Below are positions 1 to 13,424 of a DNA stretch of 64,000 bases, piece after piece. The notes under the pieces were generated by a model that searched no databases, was not told where the DNA came from, and saw nothing but the letters and a program-made list of their open reading frames with translations. The stretch is from Azolla caroliniana (Eukaryota; Plantae; Polypodiophyta). A program made the translations under genes and the position numbers. Every line of letters begins with the position of its first letter. Position 1 is the stretch's first letter. The stretch covers positions 6,944,001-7,008,000 of the forward strand of contig JBHGNT010000005.1 of assembly GCA_043228905.1 (NCBI GenBank). The letters run 5' to 3'.

Positions 1-1147
1 TAGTCGAATCCGTGTTTGAGCATATCCCTTAGCTAAGAGATGTGCCTTGTAGCGGTTGACTGAACCATTGGCATTATATTTTACCTTAAAGACCCATCAA
101 CAGCCAATTGCTTTCTTGTGTGGAGAATGGGGGATAAGATCCCCTGTCCTGTTTTTGCTTAGCAAAAACGAGAAGCCACGTTCTTAGATGAGCAAATAGA
201 AAGGGCGATGGACTTGCGGAAGGTCCTTGAAGAGCGAATCCTCGACAACAGTGTGGAGTTGTCTCTAAGAGAAGTGTTGGGGATCGCGAAGAAAGAGTTC
301 CACGATTCCATCGTGGACCTGGTACGAGTTCATAGCTTCAATCCATCGTGTATCCTTGGCTACCTCGGAAAAGGTTTCTAGTTCTCGGACTGTCGCCACC
401 TTCATCATAAAGGCATATTGATATGCTATATACTAATCGTACCCGAATCGGCTAACCGGGTTTTTCTCTCAGGTGGAGTGACAAAGCTTCTCATTAGCAG
501 AGACTAAGGCTTTCTTTGCTCCATTCATCTGGATGATTGGGATGTTAAGGCCTTCAAACTCATTATCAAGGGAGTGAGTTGACTTGTTGTCGATCAGATC
601 TTCGTATTCTGGCATTTTGGCCTACCCTTTGTCAAGCTTCGGACTCGTTCTAGATCTACTTTGGTTAGTCGGGGGCTCTTGAGGTCAACTTAGCCTTGTC
701 ATAATCGAACTTTCTTCGAACATCTGTCTAAGTTTATCTTCATTCTCTAGCATTTGGTTGGCTGAATCCGGGTCGACCGGGGTCAGAATCAAAGTTGTCT
801 CTGGTTTGTGCCAGGATACCGACTTGTCGAAAATGACGTCTCGACTCACCCGAACTCTTCGGGTGGATGGATTGTAACATTTGTACCCTTTCTACTTGAG
901 TGAGTACCCTAAGAGGATACATTTCTCCCACTTTGGATCAAGCTTTTGTCGCTTCTCATCAAGAATATGTACATAAGCGATTGAGCTGAATATCTGGACG
1001 TGGGAAATGTGGTTTCTTTCCGAAGAACTTCTCGTAAGGAGTTATGTCGTGCACCCTAGAGGTTGTACACCTGTTCATGAGATAGACAGTTATGTTAGCC
1101 GCTTCTGCCTGGTGTGATTTTGGCAAGTTCTTCTCGTTCATCATTGC
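1..1147 (-). mobile_element. Decayed Ty1/Copia pol fragment (integrase end to RT start); runs off the window start
   Basis: Minus strand reads integrase-like EAANITVYLMNRCTT..TPYEKFFGKKP (959-1147), AFMMKVATVRELETFSEVAKDTRWIEAMN (~330-415) and RT-start [33 protein letters not shown] (<120); stops and frameshifts present. Confidence 0.85.
164..327 (+). other. Captured Gypsy gag-PR fragment (filler DNA) inside the Copia
   Basis: Reads IERAMDLRKVLEERILDNSVELSLREVLGIAKKEFHDSIVDLV, homologous to 30081-30208; no LTR ends. Confidence 0.75.
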
Positions 1148-1623
1148 TATTAGAGACATGAACTAATGTAAGCATAAAATAAGGATAAATGATAGATCTA
1201 GATAGAAAGGAGAGAGAGAGAAAGAAGGGCGTCGATCCACCCGACCACCCCCAAGCGAAGTGATCAAGATGGACTTGAGCCTCGATCGGCGTCCCATACC
1301 ACCGTTGTGGCGTTGAGTTGTACCTGGTGCTGGCGTGCTCGCTACAAGAGTTGACCCACCACAAGAACAGAGTCTCAATGGAGTCCAAAGATGATCAAAT
1401 GAGGGTAGCTAGGCCTCTTATTTATAGCAATACCCAGGCCCCCAGGCCCCCAGGCAAGTTCACACTTGGCCTAATGGGTTGTCTCAATCCCGAGGATTAA
1501 AAGTAATCCTCCCCTTCTTTACACTCTCATTTAACCCTCACACTTATCCACATGTATAGAATACTACGGTAAATTCTCACCACGGTATATTATATGGTCA
1601 TGCCTGTAACATACTCCCCCTCT
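1148..1623 (-). mobile_element. 3' LTR (1148-1611) and PPT (1614-1623) of a minus-strand Ty3/Gypsy-like element
   Basis: Termini TATTAG (decayed TGTTAG) ... GTAACA; minus-strand AGAGGGGGAG next to the LTR; TATAAATA on minus near 1418-1427; interrupts the Copia integrase. Confidence 0.6.
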
Positions 1624-1672
1624 TTAAAACATTGCACTCTTGCAATGGAAAGTTAGGGAAGTTAGTTCTGAG

Positions 1673-2263
1673 TGTTAGGATTTCGGTCCTTCCGGATGGG
1701 ATATGCGTACCCGACAAGGAAGACCCGGTGAGAACCAGATGATGAAGGCCCGGTGAGAACCGGATGTTGCAGGCCCGATGAAAACCTCTCACCTGATGAA
1801 GGGACATATATGTAAATATGGTCCAGAGAGCCCACTGGGGCTATATTTATAAATAGACCGAAAGTCATATTAGTATAAATATGACCTAGGGCAAACAATG
1901 TGTGTTGTCATTATTTTGTATAGAGTTATTGGTGTAACTGTTGTACAGAGTGTAGCAGAGGAAAGAGAGAAAGAGAGAGAGAGAGAGAGACAAAGCGAGT
2001 CTCTGTTGTAACCGCCACCAAGCGAAGATTGTGACACGGGGTCGTTGCCTCTGTGTTCCCCTACTGCATTCTCCTTGCATAGTGAGAGTTGGAGTTTGGG
2101 GACTCCCGTGGTTTTTCCCGTTTAGGGTTTTCCACATTAACATCCTGTGCATTCTCTTCTGTCTGTGTACTTACTTCCATTTCTTATCTTTCTATGTTTG
2201 ATTATCATTGAAGTGATCTAAGTCTCGGTTGTGGCCGAAGATTATTCCACATAGTTCCTGTCA
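1673..2263 (+). repeat. 5' LTR of the Copia element
   Basis: TG...CA ends, immediately followed by the PBS and the gag ATG. Confidence 0.75.
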
Positions 2264-2266
2264 ATC

Positions 2267-2278
2267 TGGTATTAGAGC
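2267..2278 (+). promoter_or_regulatory. Primer binding site, tRNA-iMet type
   Basis: TGGTATTAGAGC is one mismatch from the canonical TGGTATCAGAGC, 3 nt after the LTR. Confidence 0.85.
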
Positions 2279-2281
2279 GAA

Positions 2282-5200
2282 ATGACACAGAAAATGGAAG
2301 ATTCATTTGGCAGCATGTTCAAGCTCATCGGCTCCAACTACTCAGTGTGGAAGTCGAAGATGAGGGACATGCTCATGGTTAAAGATCTTTGGTTGCCGGT
2401 TCAATTCGGGGACAAGAGACCGGACAAGATTGATGCCACGATATGGGAGGTGATGTACATGAAGACAACAAAAACGCTCCTTACCGAATCGGAACGCGGA
2501 AGACAAAGGAATCAGATTCCCAGAACTGGGAAAAGTCGGGGACACGGTCAAAGTCAAGGGGGATGCACACTTGCTTCTATTGCGGCAATCCGGGCCACTT
2601 CCAAAAGAACTGTCAGCATTTTCGAAAAGAAAAGGAAACCGACAGTACCGATTCGAAGCAGTCCCCGGACCGGAACGGTAAAGACCGAAGGGGACCGGAC
2701 CGGAAGGGAACGACGGCAATCACGGCAAGTGAAGAAGAGTTGATGCTCATCACTGAGGAGAGTGAGTTGAACCTTGCCAGCGACGAGACAACGTGGGTTG
2801 TCGATTCTGGAGCACCGTTCCACCTAACCCCGGACCGGAAATGCTTCTCATCCTACACAATCGGTGTGCACGACTATGTCCGGATGGGAAATGAAGGTAC
2901 ATGCCAAATTGTCGGCATAGGAGACGTGTGGCTATCAATACCAACCGGATGCAAGGTGTTGTTGAAGGATGTTCGACACGTTCCGGAGGTTCGACTGAAC
3001 CTAATATTAGCCGGTCAGCTAGACGATGAAGGCTACATGGGTAGCATCCGGAACGAAGTCATGAAGTTCAGCAAAGGGAGCCTAATAGTGGCTTGGGCCC
3101 GGAAAGTCAACACTCTATACCTAATGAATGCCCGGTTATGCCGGGAAGAAGTGAACGTTGCATCCGACACTGCCGGTGAGCTGTGGCACAAGAGACTGTG
3201 TCACATGAGTGAGAAGGGGATGAAGAGGCTTGTTGATGACAACCTCATTCCGGTGAAAGACGTGCACCGACTGCCTGGCCAATAAGCAAAACCAGACCTC
3301 CTTTTGCTCAAGGACTTCGATGAGACGTAATGCACCACTTGAGTTGGTGCATACCGATGTGTGTCAAGTGGACACGAAGTCACATGCCGGAGTGCAATAC
3401 TTCGTGACGTTCATAGATGACCATAGCCGGAAGCTGTGGGCCACACCGTTGAAGACGAAGAATCAGGTATTATCCGTCTTCAAGGAGCTCCATGCAAGAG
3501 TGGAAAGAGAAACCGGTCGGAAGCGGAAGGCGGTTCGAGCAGATAATAAAGGAGAATACCAGGTGCAGTTTGAGGAGTATTGCTGCTCGAAGGGAATCCG
3601 ACTTGAATTTACTATGCCGAAGATGCCGAAACTAAACGAGCTGGCCGAGAGGATGAACCAGACCATAATGGAGAGGGTTCGGAGTATGCTGGCACATGCA
3701 AGGTTACCCAAGAGGTTTTGGGCTGAGGCACTGGCAACAACGACGTACGTGATAAACAGATCACCCTCAGTGCCCTTGGACGGAGACACACCGCAAAGAG
3801 TGTGGACCGGTAAGGAAGTGTCTTACTGACATCTGAAGGTGTTCAGGTGTCTCGCTTACGTGCATGTTGCAAAGGACAGGAGAGCTAAGTTCGATCCAAA
3901 GTCCCGGCCTTGCATATTCCTCGGATACGGTGATGCTGAGTTCAGCTACCGAGTGTGGGATCCGGTTGACAAGAAGGTTTTCCGGAGTCGAGATATTATC
4001 TTCATGGAGGACAAGACCCTTGCCGACTCGGAGTCGGAGAAGAAGATAATGAACTCCGAATCGACCAGTAAGGATCGATTCGATGAGATTCGGACCTACC
4101 CGGCTAAGAGCCGGTTGACACTCGAGGAACCGGCCGACTACGGTGAGGATACCGAACCGGCAAAAGAAGAAGAGGAAGCTGGAACCGGAACTGGCCAAGA
4201 TCCCGAATTGAATTCGGATGAAGAACAGACGCAAGAGCCGGTTACCGAAAACCGAAGTCGAAGATATTCTCTTAGAGAGAGAAGGTCCCCCCGGAGATTT
4301 CCGGATGTAGAGCGCATGTTGCTAACTGATGAGGGGGAGCCAGAAAGCTTCAAAGAAGCAAAGGAGGACACCCACAGCCACAAGTGGTTGAGTGCAATGC
4401 AGGACGAGATGGATTCCCTGCATGAGAACCACACTTATGAACTGGTGGAGTTGCTGAAAGGAAAGCGGGCACTCCGGAATAAATGGGTGTACAAGTTGAA
4501 ACTGGGAGATGCCGGCAATCCCCCAAGGTACAAAGCCAGGATCATGGTGAAGGGGTTCTAGTAGAAGAAGGGCGTGGACTTCGACGAGATATTTGCCTCA
4601 GTAGTAAAGATGACTTCCATCTGGACGGTGCTGAGCATAGTGGCAAGCATGGTCCTCGAGGTAGGGCAGTTAGACGTGAAGACGACGTTCCTCCACGGTG
4701 ACCTCAAAGAGGAGATCTACATGCAACAACCAGAGGGATTTGTGAAGAAAGGGAAGGAGCACCTGGTGTGCTGGTTCAAGAAGAGCCTCTACGGTTTGAA
4801 GCAGGCTCCCCGGCAATGGTACCAGAAGTTCGACTCTTTCATGACGGATCAAGGATACCACAAGACGCAGGCCGATCACTGCGTGTTTGTGAAGAAGTTT
4901 GAAGGTGGAGACTTCCTGATACTCCTCATGTACGTGGACGACATGTTGATCGTCGGATGAGACCAAGTCAAGATACAGATGCTGAAGAAGGCTCTGAACC
5001 GGACCTTCTCAATGAAAGACTTGGGTCCGGCAAGACAGATACTGGGGATGCATATCATCCGGGACCGGTCAAAGAAGCAATTGTGGCTGTCATAGGAGAA
5101 GTACGTGACAAAGGGGCTTCAACAGTTCAACATGTCAGATGCGAAACTGGTCGGATTAACACTCCTGGCAAACTACAGGTTATCCGATAAGCAAAGCCCG

Positions 5201-5813
5201 ACGACGAAGGCAGAGAAGGCGGATATGATGAAGATACCATATGCCTCTGCCATCGGGAGCTTAATGTACGCAATGGTGCGTACCCGACCGGATATCGGAT
5301 ATGCAGTCGGAGTGGTGAGCCGGTTTATGAGCAATCCCGACAAGGAGCATTGGAATGCGGTAAGATGGATACTCCGATACTTGAAAGGCACCTCAAGTAT
5401 GTGCCTCCGATTCGTCTCCGGTAAACCCCAACTTGACAGTTGCACCGATTCTGATATGTCGGCTGATGCGGATACAAGCCGGTCAACATCAGGATATGTT
5501 AGTTATGAAATATGCAAGGGAACCTGTTTCGTGGCAGTCAAGGTTGCAGAAGACGGTTGTGTTGTCAACCACGGAGGCGGAGTACATGGCAGCCGTGGAA
5601 GTCGGCAAGGAAATATTATGGATGAAGGACTTCATCGGAGAGCTAGGGATCCGACAAGAGGAATATCGGCTCTATTGCAATAGTCAAAGTGTCATCCACC
5701 TTGCGAAGAACGCGGCATATCATTCCACGACGAAGCACATCCAACGGAGGTACCACTAGATCCGGGAGCGAGTGGAAGATCGAGAGTTCATGCTAACGAA
5801 GATCCACACGGAG
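2282..5813 (+). pseudogene. Copia gag-pol pseudogene
   Basis: Fragments 2282-2743, 2443-3285, 3320-3829, 3839-4561, 4574-4960, 5105-5759 in PR-IN-RT-RH order; gag internally deleted near 2470. Confidence 0.9.
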
Positions 5814-6227
5814 TGTAAACGATTACCTGCGGAAGCGTTAGAAAACAGAGAAAGTAGTGAATACACAGAGTACGCGGGAGAGACAAAGAGAGCAGAACGT
5901 AAAAGCTATATTCAAAAACGATATTATTACTCTATACATACAACTATGCTCAGTAGCATTATTTATACAAGTCCTCGTGGGACTGACAGAAGTACCACGT
6001 ACTTCAATACTCACACGAGCATCTGACACTTACTACAAGACTATAACTGCCTAGTAGTCTACACTGGTACTAGGCTTCCGGTTACTGATTGGATCCGGCT
6101 AACCGGCTCCCTAGCTCACAGGCTCTGTTGCTTGCCGGCTCGGTTGCTCACAGCTTACCGATCCATCTCGCTTGCCGGCTTAGGCTTATTCAGCTGATCC
6201 GGCTCTAATTGAGCTTGCCGCTCAACA
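5814..6227 (-). repeat. 3' LTR of the minus-strand Copia
   Basis: TG..CA ends; directly preceded on minus by PPT CTTGAGGGGGAG; interrupts the RNase H end of the plus-strand Copia. Confidence 0.8.
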
Positions 6228-9200
6228 CTCCCCCTCAAGCTCAACTTGAGCTTGGATCCTAGTGTCAGTCTCTGTGGCAGTCGGTTCTTCCAACCAACTT
6301 CTCCTGGCGTCGCTCCGCCTTACTCGCGCTCCTCGTCTGGTCCAGTTCTGTTTGCCGCGACCCCTCTTGTTCTGCGCGCCTCGATCTTCTTGGTCTGTAT
6401 GTCTGCTCAATAGGCCCCTCTCAGCTCCTTCGTTGCTATGACTCCGGTGCCTGCCGATCTGTCGGTTCCTCCGTGATGGCATCGACTTCCGCTGCATCCG
6501 TGTCTCCTTGGCCTTGAATTGATCCGGTTCTTCCGAATCTGTCTGTTGAACCGAATCGACTGTCTCCGATTCGTTCCAGCTCTTGTCTGAATCGGTTGCT
6601 CCCGATTCGTCTTTTGGTTCCAAGCCCTTCACCACATCGGACCATGTCCGGGTCTTGGCCTTCTTCCTGCGGTCGGCTTTGTCCTTCTTGACTCTGCCGC
6701 CTTCTGTTCTTCCCTCACCGGCGCAATCGGCAGTCTCTTTGCCTTTGCCCGTTCCGGTGTCTTTGCTCGTTCTCCCCCTCAAGTGTGGCACGTCGAGATG
6801 TTGAACACCAAGCATTTCGGTGAAGTGTTGCAACTTGTCCGAGCCAAGTGGTTTGGTGAAGATGTCAACAACTTGCCGATCCGTGTGAACATACCGAAGG
6901 TCAACCTCACCGCTCAGGACACGCTCACACACGAAGTGATAGTGCACTTCTATGTGTTTTGTGCGAGCATGCAATACGGGGTTCTTGGTGAGTTGCATGT
7001 TGCTTATGTTGTCGCAGTAGACTAGAATCGGGGTTGGTACCTCGATCCGTAAGTCTTGCATCCGTCGCCGAAGCCAAATGGCATCACAAGTGGCAATGGT
7101 AGCGCCCCGATACTCAGCCTTAGTGCTCAACAGAGCAACTGTTGGCTGCTTTTTGTTGCTCCATGCAACAGCTGCGCTACCTAGAGAAAACATGTAACCA
7201 GAGGTTGATCAACAATCTGATGCATCCTCGGCCCATTCGGCATCCGTGTAATCGACGAGCTCTTCGGTTATACCTCGCCGGTAAAATAGTCCCCGGTCCT
7301 TGGTGTCGTTGACATACCGCAATATCCGTTGCGCGCACTGAAGGTGCTCCACAGTCGGCTTCTGCATGAACTGACTTATCATATCGACCGGATAGCTGAT
7401 GTCGGGTCACGTGATAGTCAAGTAAATAAGGCTTCCGACAATTTGTCGGAACCGTTGCTCGTTGTAGGCCGGTCCGGAGTTGGGACGAAGCTTCTGGTTC
7501 CAGTCCAAGGGTGTGGATACAGGTCGGCATTCTGTCATGCCGAACTTGTACAGTATATTCAAGACGTAATGTCGTTGTAAGAGCAATATGCCGTCTGGGG
7601 TTCGGATCACCTCGATCCCTAGAAAATAATGAAGGTCCCCTAGATCCTTCATCTCAAATGCGTCCGATAACTGGGACTTGACGCGGTTGATTTCTGGAAC
7701 ACCTGGTCCGATGATGACTAGATCATCAACATGCAACAGTATACATACCGGACCGGTTAGGCCTTGCCGGATGAACAATGAAGAGTCAGATTTGGAGGCC
7801 ACAAACCTCATCTTACGCAACCGGTGCGTGATCTTCGCATTCCAAGTTCGAGGGGCTTGCTTCAGGCCATACAACGACTTCTTCAGCCGGCATACCGCCG
7901 ATTTGTTCATCTCCGATTGAAAATCGGGAGGCTGAGTCATGAAGACTTCTTCTTCAAGATCACCTTGAAGAAATGCATTCTTCACATCGATCTGATGAAG
8001 ATGTCACCCCCTTGCCGCAACAACCGCCAGCACCACTCGAACCATCATCATCTTCGCTACAAGAGCCAAGGTCTCGTCGTAGTCGATTCCGTGGGTCTTC
8101 ACATATCCCTTTGCCACTAACCGGGCCTTGTACCGTCGGCGTTGTACTTTACTTTGTATATCCACTTGCATCTGATCCGTTTATAGTGACGAGGAGGGTC
8201 AACCAGGTCCCATGTCTTGTTGACATCAAGTGCCCTCATTTCTTCCTCCATAGCAGCACGCCAATTTGCGTCCTTGGCCGCTTCTGCGTAGCTCTCCGGC
8301 TCACGCATTTCCGCCACCTTAGTCATGTACGCATAGTGATGCGCCATGTACTCATTGTACCCGTACCGTTTGACGGGATCCTTATGGCAGGTGGACCGGC
8401 GTAACTCACCGTTACCCAGTTCGAGGCCCTTCTTAGCCAGTTCGGCCTTCATTGCCGAAGATCCGCCTTTTTCCTTCCGGAGTCGGACGTACACCGATCC
8501 GACTCATCGTTGCCGGATTCGAATTCCTGCATCTTCTTCTTCCCCTTCTCTTTGCGCCTGAACCGTCTCCTTAGTTCCTTGCGCAGGAAGTGCACGGGAG
8601 AGTCTCCACTACTCGCCGGTTCCTCATCGAACTAGTCAGATTGACTCAGTCTCTCGTTCGGCCCACTCAACCGGAACGATTCCAGACTCTCATCCTGAGT
8701 CCACGCTTCATCATCCTCTACCTGGGCCGGTTCAGGATCACTAGCCTCATCCATTGGCATCGGGTCAGATTCAGAAGTCGGAGTCAGTAAGGAGTACCAC
8801 GATGCTGATTCATCAAACTCAACATCTCGACTAATTCAGACCTGCTTTGTCCGGGGGTTATAACACTTATAACCCTTTTGCTCTTGAGCATAGCCGACTA
8901 GGATACATTTTTCCGATTTTGCATCCAACTTCCTCCGCTTCTCATCCAGTACATGCACAAATGCAATGCTACCGAAGATCTTAAGGTGTCTCAAATTCGG
9001 CTTCCGCCCGAAATACAGCTCGTGAGCTGACACCTTGTCACCGATCCGGTTCTGGATGTAGACAGCCGTTTGGACTGCCTCCGCCCAGTAGAATTGGGCA
9101 TGCACTTCTCCTCCAGCATTGACCTTGCCGCATCGATAAGCGACCGGTTCTTCCTCTCGGCAACACCGCTCTATTGCGGTGTGTATCTGCAGCTGAACTC

Positions 9201-10390
9201 TCGCCAAATTCTCATTTGCTGCAGATAACTATTGAATTGGCCGGAAAAGTATTCTTTCCCGCCATCCGACCGCAGGCATTTGATCTTCCTCTCCGATTCC
9301 CATTCCACCATGCTTTGGAGACTCCAGAAGCACTCGAAGACTTCACTCTTACGCTCAATGAGGTAGATCCATGTGTGCCGTGTATAGTCGTCGATGAAGG
9401 AGACGAAGTATCAACTCCTACCAAGACTAACACTCTATGCCGGTCCCCACACATCTGAATGGATTAGGTCGAGCTTGTTACGGCTCCGGTTACGTTCGGT
9501 AGGGAATGGAAGCCGATGTTGCTTCCCGAGTTGGCAGGCTTCACATACTTGGGTCTTCCCGCCGCTGAATTTCGGCAAACCGAAAACAACTTGTTTTGTT
9601 TGCAGGTCTTGAAGCCTCCGGTAATTGACGTGGCCTATCCGCTTGTGCCATAGGTCGATGTCCGATTTGACCTTCTGTCCTTTTGCAAACAGAGCGGTGC
9701 CGACGTCATTGGTGTCAAGGATAAACATCCTCCCGTCTCTGCACCCTTGCGCAATAATTTGGCCCTCTTTCTCGATGAAGCACCCGAGGTGCGTAAACCA
9801 CACCTGCATCCCCTGGTCGACTATCTGTCCGACTGACACCAGGTTCTTCGTGATTGTTGGAACGTGTAATATGTTCATCAGCTTCCCCTTCTGTCCGACA
9901 TGGCTGAAAGGGACTTCTCTGACGTGCACGATTGGGTGAGGAGTGTCGTCTCCGGTTTTGACTACTCCTGGTTGATCATGTTTTTCCAAAAAGGAGAACC
10001 ACTCTTTGTGGCTCGTCATGTGGTTTGACGCACTGGAGTCAACATACCAGACTTCCTCCGATTTGGAAGTGGTCTTCTTCATCGAGTTCGCCTCGTGCTT
10101 CATCACCAAGGCTGGCCCGTTACCGTTCTTGGATCCTCCCGATCCCTTCGCATAGTGTTAGCTTTGCCGGCCATCCTTGTCGGCCTTGCCGGATCCGGAT
10201 TTGTCCGATTCGGCTCGTTTTCTCCAGCACTCGCTTTCTCTGTGGCCCTTTTTGCTACAATACCATCATTCCGTTGCTGACCTCTCTTGTCGTCTTCCGG
10301 TGTTGCCATGACTCCCCCTGCCTGTAGAAGTCTCGGAACTGATGTCAGCATGTTCTCTGTGCCTTCGTTCTGTCTCTTGTTGGCAGCCTC
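5814..10390 (-). mobile_element. Second Ty1/Copia element (minus strand), 5'-truncated
   Basis: 3' LTR 5814-6227 (TGTAAAC..TCAACA), PPT 6228-6239; RNase H (ARTKHIEVHYHF), RT (LHVDDLVI), integrase, protease WYVDS, knuckle *WYCSKKGHRESEC near 10225-10268. Confidence 0.92.
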
Positions 10391-11597
10391 CACTCTCGGT
10401 ATTCGTGTCCTCTAGAAGCACTCCAAGATCCTTCCAGTCTTGGACATCTACAACTCGTAAGAACATGATAACTTTGTCCGGTGCGAGGATAACTTGATCT
10501 CTCGCAGACAACCTCCCGAACCGACTTTCGAATGCCGAAAACACATCGAGGACCTTCATACCCTTGTCCGATGTTTCCACCCAATCCTCGAATCCTCTCC
10601 GCGTTGCCTTGGAGGAGTCCTCGATAGCGAACATGGTCTTTAGCGCCTCTTCAAACGCTTCCCACGCCACTTGCAGTCCTTCTGAAATCCCACACCGTAG
10701 AATTTCCGCCTTGTAGTCTCGAAGATAGCGTGATACGTCCTTTCCGTTGAATTGCCTGATCCGTTGCACGAGCCACTCTACTGCCGCCGCTATCTCCAAC
10801 ATCGCACGTTGTTCCTGAAGCATTCGCTCGAACATCATCATCATGTTGTTAGCCTCCGGTTGATTTTCCATCTCCTTGCCACCCTTGTTCACGTCGGGTT
10901 CACCACTTGTTTCGTGCCTTTCGGCTCCGGATCGTTGCGTGAATCGGGTGGGGACCACCGAGGTTTTGGACTAGGAGAAAAGAAAATTCTAAGATAATTA
11001 AGAATATGAAATATATGTGGTAAGAAAGAAAGATATGAAAAACTCGTGAATCCCACGAGTATAGTGTATTAATTGATACTTAGAATGTAAGAGAGAAATA
11101 GATGGCAAAATCGTGAATCCACGAATTTTTTTATTATTAATCAAGGCATGGATGGAAGAGGCTAAGCATAGCTTCATGCTTTTTTTTTCTAAAGTGTTCA
11201 TGCACACTAAATGTGCATGAGTTGCCTTTTTACACTATGCTTTTATTTCCTAAATATAGTGCTCATGCTCGCTAGATGTGCACGAGTCATTTTTATATTG
11301 GTGTACATTTTTCTTATAAATAAAGTATTCACGCATTCTAAAAAATGCATGACTTTCCTTTTAATAAAGGTAGGCGTAAATAAAAGTCTTATACGTATTA
11401 AATCTATATTTAGAACACTTAGGATAAGTTGGTACAATGGTAAGGTTGGGGTTTGTCTACGTGGAGGTACAAGGTTTGAATCTTGCCCTATACACGTAAT
11501 AAATAATTTTAATATTTTATTTTATTTATTATACGTACTTTAAATCGGATATAGTATTTTTACATATTTCACGTAGTGTGTGATTCACACTACAACA
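10391..11597 (-). mobile_element. Ty3/Gypsy family D, 5' LTR + PBS + partial gag (minus strand)
   Basis: LTR 10910-11597 is an inverted homologue of 15312-16038; perfect PBS at 10888-10905; gag QFNGKDVSRYL..FESRFGRLS. Confidence 0.85.
10888..10905 (-). promoter_or_regulatory. PBS complementary to the tRNA-Trp 3' end
   Basis: TGGTGAACCCGACGTGAA on the minus strand, 4 nt from the LTR. Confidence 0.85.
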
Positions 11598-12687
11598 ACG
11601 TGCAACTACGGAGACTCTGGCCCGAATCGGCAACATCAAAGAGCCCGTGCACTTGATGTCCAAGGAGTTCTACCAAAAGGGGAAGTGGCCTATTAATACT
11701 AATCATGGCGCATATTTTGAAAGTCATCGACTTGCTCAAGGAGAAGGTAGCGATGGGGATTCTAGAGCCATCAAACGCTCCGTACTCAAATTGATGGTTT
11801 ACAGTTTCGAAGAAGAATGGGTCACTCCGGTTTATTCAAGACTTGCAACCGGTGAACAAGGTCATGATCCGGAACTCCGGAGTCAGTCCGATAGTGGACA
11901 AATTTGCGGAAACATTTGCCAGACGCGCGATATACTCCATTGGAGACCTATACTCAAGGTATGACCAATTCCAACTAGCCGTGGAGAGCCGAGACATCAC
12001 TTCCATGCGAACGCCGATAGGATTAGTCCGTATGAGCACACTACCACAAGGCGCAACGAACTCGGTCTCACATATGATGAATGCAATGAACAAGGTGCTC
12101 CGAGACTGCATTCCGGAGATAATGATGTCGTTCCTAGATGACATTCTGATGAAAGGATGCACGGTGGAAGAAAAATATGAGACTATGGATGATCGAGGTT
12201 GCCGATAGTTAGTAGTCGACCATATTCACGATTGCGAGAAAGTGCTACGAAAGTTAGAAGATGTGCAGCTAACACTTTCCAAAGAGAAATCGGCATTCAG
12301 ACAAGAAGATATATTGGTAGTCGGACATCTATGTGGGCCCTACGGCCGAAGACCGTCACCAACCAAGATTGATGCGATTCAAGCTATGAAAGAAGTATGC
12401 GAGTCACAATCCAAAGTCCGAAGGTTTCTTGGAGCATGTGCATTCTATCACATATGGATCCCGCACTATGCAAATATTGCGGACCCACTCTATCACTTGT
12501 TGCAAAAGGGTAAGAAGTTCGAATGGAGACCAGAACATACCAAAGCCATGAAGACACTTAAGAAAACACTACGGAGGTCGGAATCACTTAAGAAACCGAG
12601 CTATGACCAACCAATCATAGTAACGGTTGACACAAGTCCAACCGGAATCGGATGGGTCATCAATCAAGCCGACTCGGATGGTTCATA

Positions 12688-13424
12688 TGTCGCGTTGTTA
12701 CGCGCGTGCGTGTAGAAGGGCGGGACCACGAGGGTCTTGGACTAGGGAGTGACGGAGCGTAGGAAGTCGTGATTCACCATTTCCGGGACGCCAGAAACAA
12801 CCGAAAGGAGGGAGAGAAGAACACGAGCGCACCCTTGGCCGACACACGCACACACAGTGCCGACCCCACACACGCTTATTTACAGAAACAGAAGTAAGGA
12901 AACACTAAAACACCCACGCAGACACCAAAAACGCAAAATCTTCCATAAGTATATTTACAAGAAGCAAGATACAACAGTCGTCTACTGCCAAGCCGCCGAT
13001 CGAGGAGCTCACGGGCTCGTCGCGCCGAGCGGGGTCTTGCACAGCAAACAAGGCAAATCCAAAGCCTGCAGGTATCAAGCTAGACTCATAGAGTGGCGAA
13101 GAAGAAGTAGAGGAGGAGAAGAAGAAGAAGAAGAAAAACCCTAAAACAAGAGAGAAAGAGGAATAGAGAACGTCTCTTTATCTAACGGTATACCCTACTA
13201 ATACAAAATGGGCAACCCTTCTACAAGGGACCATCCCTTCCTTTTATAGAACAAGGACAGGGATGCGTTACAATGTGGGATAAATCCCGATTTACATGGG
13301 ATTCTTCCTCCCGACTTAACTCCTATCATTCACACAATTATACAAGGGTGAGTGCACATGGTGCACCCTGCCGATGTAGCCAATATTTCCCGGTTTCCGC
13401 CTCTGGCCGAAATTCTTCACGACA
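12688..13424 (-). mobile_element. Solo LTR (B/C family) inserted in RNase H of element D
   Basis: TGTCGCG...CACGACA ends; reverse complement of the LTR type at 35130-35910; host frame ADSDG / RYPIRFGAK resumes across it. Confidence 0.85.

Larger units (their letters stand above)
1673..5813 (+). mobile_element. Ty1/Copia element (Tnt1-like), 3' end lost
   Basis: 5' LTR TGTTAG..TGTCA at 1673-2263, PBS, then gag, CX2CX4HX4C knuckle (CFYCGNPGHFQKNC), protease WVVDSGA, integrase HTDV..FIDD, RT YVDDML, RNase H STTEAEY..TKHI; many stops and frameshifts. Confidence 0.92.
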
